DNA of 64,000 nucleotides from contig CAWCKJ010000003.1 in assembly GCA_963796105.1 (NCBI GenBank), forward strand, positions 448,001 to 512,000, given 5' to 3'. The notes beneath the pieces were generated by a model. That model had not been told where the DNA came from. It was given only the letters and a program-made list of their open reading frames with translations, and ran no database searches. A program made the position numbers and the translations under genes. Each line of letters begins with the position of its first letter. Position 1 is the stretch's first letter. Shown here one piece after another: positions 61,866 through 64,000 of this stretch. This DNA comes from a candidate division FCPU426 bacterium. Lineage in GTDB: Bacteria; Oederibacteriota; Muellerivitia; Muellerivitales; Muellerivitaceae.

Positions 61866-64000
61866 AGTAAAGGTATCCGTCGAAGTGTTGGTTGGGGTAT
61901 TTGTGGGGGTGTTCGTCGGCGTATAAGAAGGAGTATTTGTCGGAGTGAAAGAGGGGGTATCGGTAAAAGTGAGAGTGTAGGTATTAGTGTAAGTGCTTGT
62001 AAAAGTATTTGTCGGTGTATTGGTAAAAGTGTCCGTGTAAGTTGAAGTCCATGTATTTGTGTTGGTCGGGGTGTCTGTTGGGGTATCCGTCGAAGTAAAC
62101 GTTGGGGTATCCGTGGGTGTATTAGTGGGAGTATTTGTTGGAGTAAAAGAAGGAGTGTCCGTAAAAGTGGAGGTGTAGGTATTCGTATAGGTGTAAGTGA
62201 AGGTGTTGGTGGGTGTATTAGTAGGGGTGTTTGTGGGAGTGAAGGAAGGGGTATCTGTGAATGTGGGAGTGTAGGTGTTAGTAACGGTATCAGTGGGAGT
62301 ATTCGTGAATGAAGGCGTATAGGTGTTAGTCCAGGTAAAAGTATTGGTGGAAGTGTCGGTCGGAGTATTTGTTGGGGTAAAAGAAGGGGTATCGGTTGGA
62401 GTGTTTGTGGGTGTCCAGGTATTCGTATTGGTAGAGGTAAAGGTGTCCGTGAAGGTATAGGTCCATGTATTAGTGTTAGTCGGAGTGTTGGTGGGTGTAT
62501 TTGTTGGAGTGAAAGAAGGTGTATCAGTGAAAGTGGGGGTATAGGAATTGGTGTAAGTGTTCGTAAAAGTATTTGTCGGTGTATCGGTTGGAGTGTTAGT
62601 TGGTGTCCAGGTATTCGTGTTGGTGGGGGTAAAGGTATCGGTAAAAGTATAGGTCCAGGTATTGGTGTTAGTGGGAGTATTTGTGGGGGTAAAAGAAGGG
62701 GTCTCGGTCGAAGTGTACGTGTAGGTGTAAGTGGGTGTCGGTGTGGCGGTCCAAGTAAAGGTATTAGTCGGTGTATTGGTAGGGGTATTTGTGTAGGTAT
62801 AGGTAAAAGTGGGTGTCGGAGTAGAAGTCCAAGTAAAAGAATTAGTCAGTGTGTTGGTGAAAGTCTTAGTAAATGTATTGGTAGGTGTATTGGTTGGGGT
62901 GTTCGAGGGTGTGTAGCTATAGGTATAAGTGTATGTATAGGTTTTTGTGAAGGTATTAGTTGGAGTAATAGTAGGGGTATTAGTGACTGTGGGTGTTTTG
63001 GTCAGGGTTTTGGTGAAGGTAGGTGTTATGGTGGGTGTATAAGTTTTTGTAGTTGTAAATGTTGTTGTTGGAGTGCAGGTTCCGCCTCCAGGAGGAACAC
63101 CTGATTCAGGGTCCAGGTTCCCACCGGTTTTTACTTCCTGCAATAGAACTCCGTTGGAATAGAGCGCGAAGTGGTGGTCGTCGAAATATGGACCGGATTG
63201 GTTTCCATTACAGGATGTTTGGGTAGAAGGTAGGCTTGAATAATCATCCGTGAAGCTGTCCCAATTGCCGCTTACGTTTCCACATTGGGAAGACGACGTG
63301 GCGATGATGGCGAAACCCTGCATCCATCCGCCGGCAGGAATGACAGACACCCCGCTTTGGTAAGTGAGGGTGACAGAACCGGATTGGTTGGAGATGTGGC
63401 TGGAATTTTCAGTGTATGTGGGAAGGGATGTATCGATGGAATAGGCGCTACCCGCCAACACCATCGGGCCAACTTGAACACCGGAGGAGTTGTAAACTAT
63501 CCCGTTGTTCCCTACCAAAGACGTGCAACGAAGCTGGCTCTCATAAACCCAAATTCTCATGGACAAATTAGTGGCGCTTAAGGTAAGCGGCGATGAGCCG
63601 TTGTTAACGATCAGGAAAGTCCAGCGACGGTCCTGGAGACCCTGTTCACTGCAATTGACCATCAAGTCAAGTTTGAGGCTGGTCGAGGCGCCGCAAACCG
63701 GGAATCCGGATGTCAAAGGAGAAAAACCACTTCCAGGACCGTTAGACCAATAAGGCTGCATGGTAGCGGTTTGAGTCATGGTCGGAGTATTAGTGGGTGT
63801 AGTAGCTTTACTGTCCTTGGACTTTAGGTCAGGAGTCGGGGAAATCGTGGGTGTGATGGTGGGTGTTGGTATTAGGGTTGGCGAGAATGTCGGGGTAAGT
63901 GTTGGAGTTGGAGGAGATTTTAACTCTACACAATTTTCATTCGAGGGTTCACTTTCACCAATTGGATTCATGATGAAAGCTGTCACCTCGTAACACCAAT
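61866..64000 (-). pseudogene. Fourth Thr-stalk surface protein (FN3 end + CBM3-like + TxTx), 3'-truncated by IS; 5' end outside window
   Basis: Frame open to the window edge: WCYEVTAF...GESEPSN (FN3-like); [20 protein letters not shown] and FTDDYS...[10 protein letters not shown] (CBM3-like); stalk ends at the IS boundary. Confidence 0.75.

Noticed and set aside
1..64000. tRNA, rRNA, riboswitch, reverse transcriptase or retron/DGR components
   Set aside because: None recognised by eye; a covariance-model or HMM search would be needed to exclude them

Overview
Bacterial chromosomal window, almost all genes on the minus strand, in four parts. (1) 1-12.5 kb, AT-rich housekeeping block: fliF (partial)-fliE-flgC-flgB, a MerR-type regulator preceded by tandem NrdR-box-like sites, a GAF-GGDEF membrane protein, a 34-aa basic ribosomal-protein-like gene missed by the ORF track, mtnA, purine nucleoside phosphorylase, a yggU pseudogene, yggT, proC, yggS, secDF and trxA. 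(2) 12.8-31.4 kb, three tandem giant secreted proteins with one shared plan: glycan-active head (GH116 glucosidase; DUF11 repeats; expansin plus CBM-like domains), a very long Thr-X/Pro-Thr stalk, and a YPNP...GLY C-terminal domain resembling the T9SS sorting signal, in a flagellated organism. (3) 31.7-41.5 kb, more GC-rich: peroxiredoxin-like protein, PFOR plus dihydroorotate-dehydrogenase-like gene, an MBL hydrolase with two cNMP domains, and two TA pairs. (4) 41.6-64 kb, rearranged mobile region: an IS21 nested in another IS21 (6-bp TSD) between two helically phased short-repeat arrays, XRE/Flp/IS1595 remnants, two inverted IS21 copies bracketing RHS-toxin, recombinase and primase debris, and an unusual three-ORF IS481-like element with two DDE proteins that truncates a fourth Thr-stalk (CBM3-like) gene. 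All calls are from motif recognition by eye; no searches were run.
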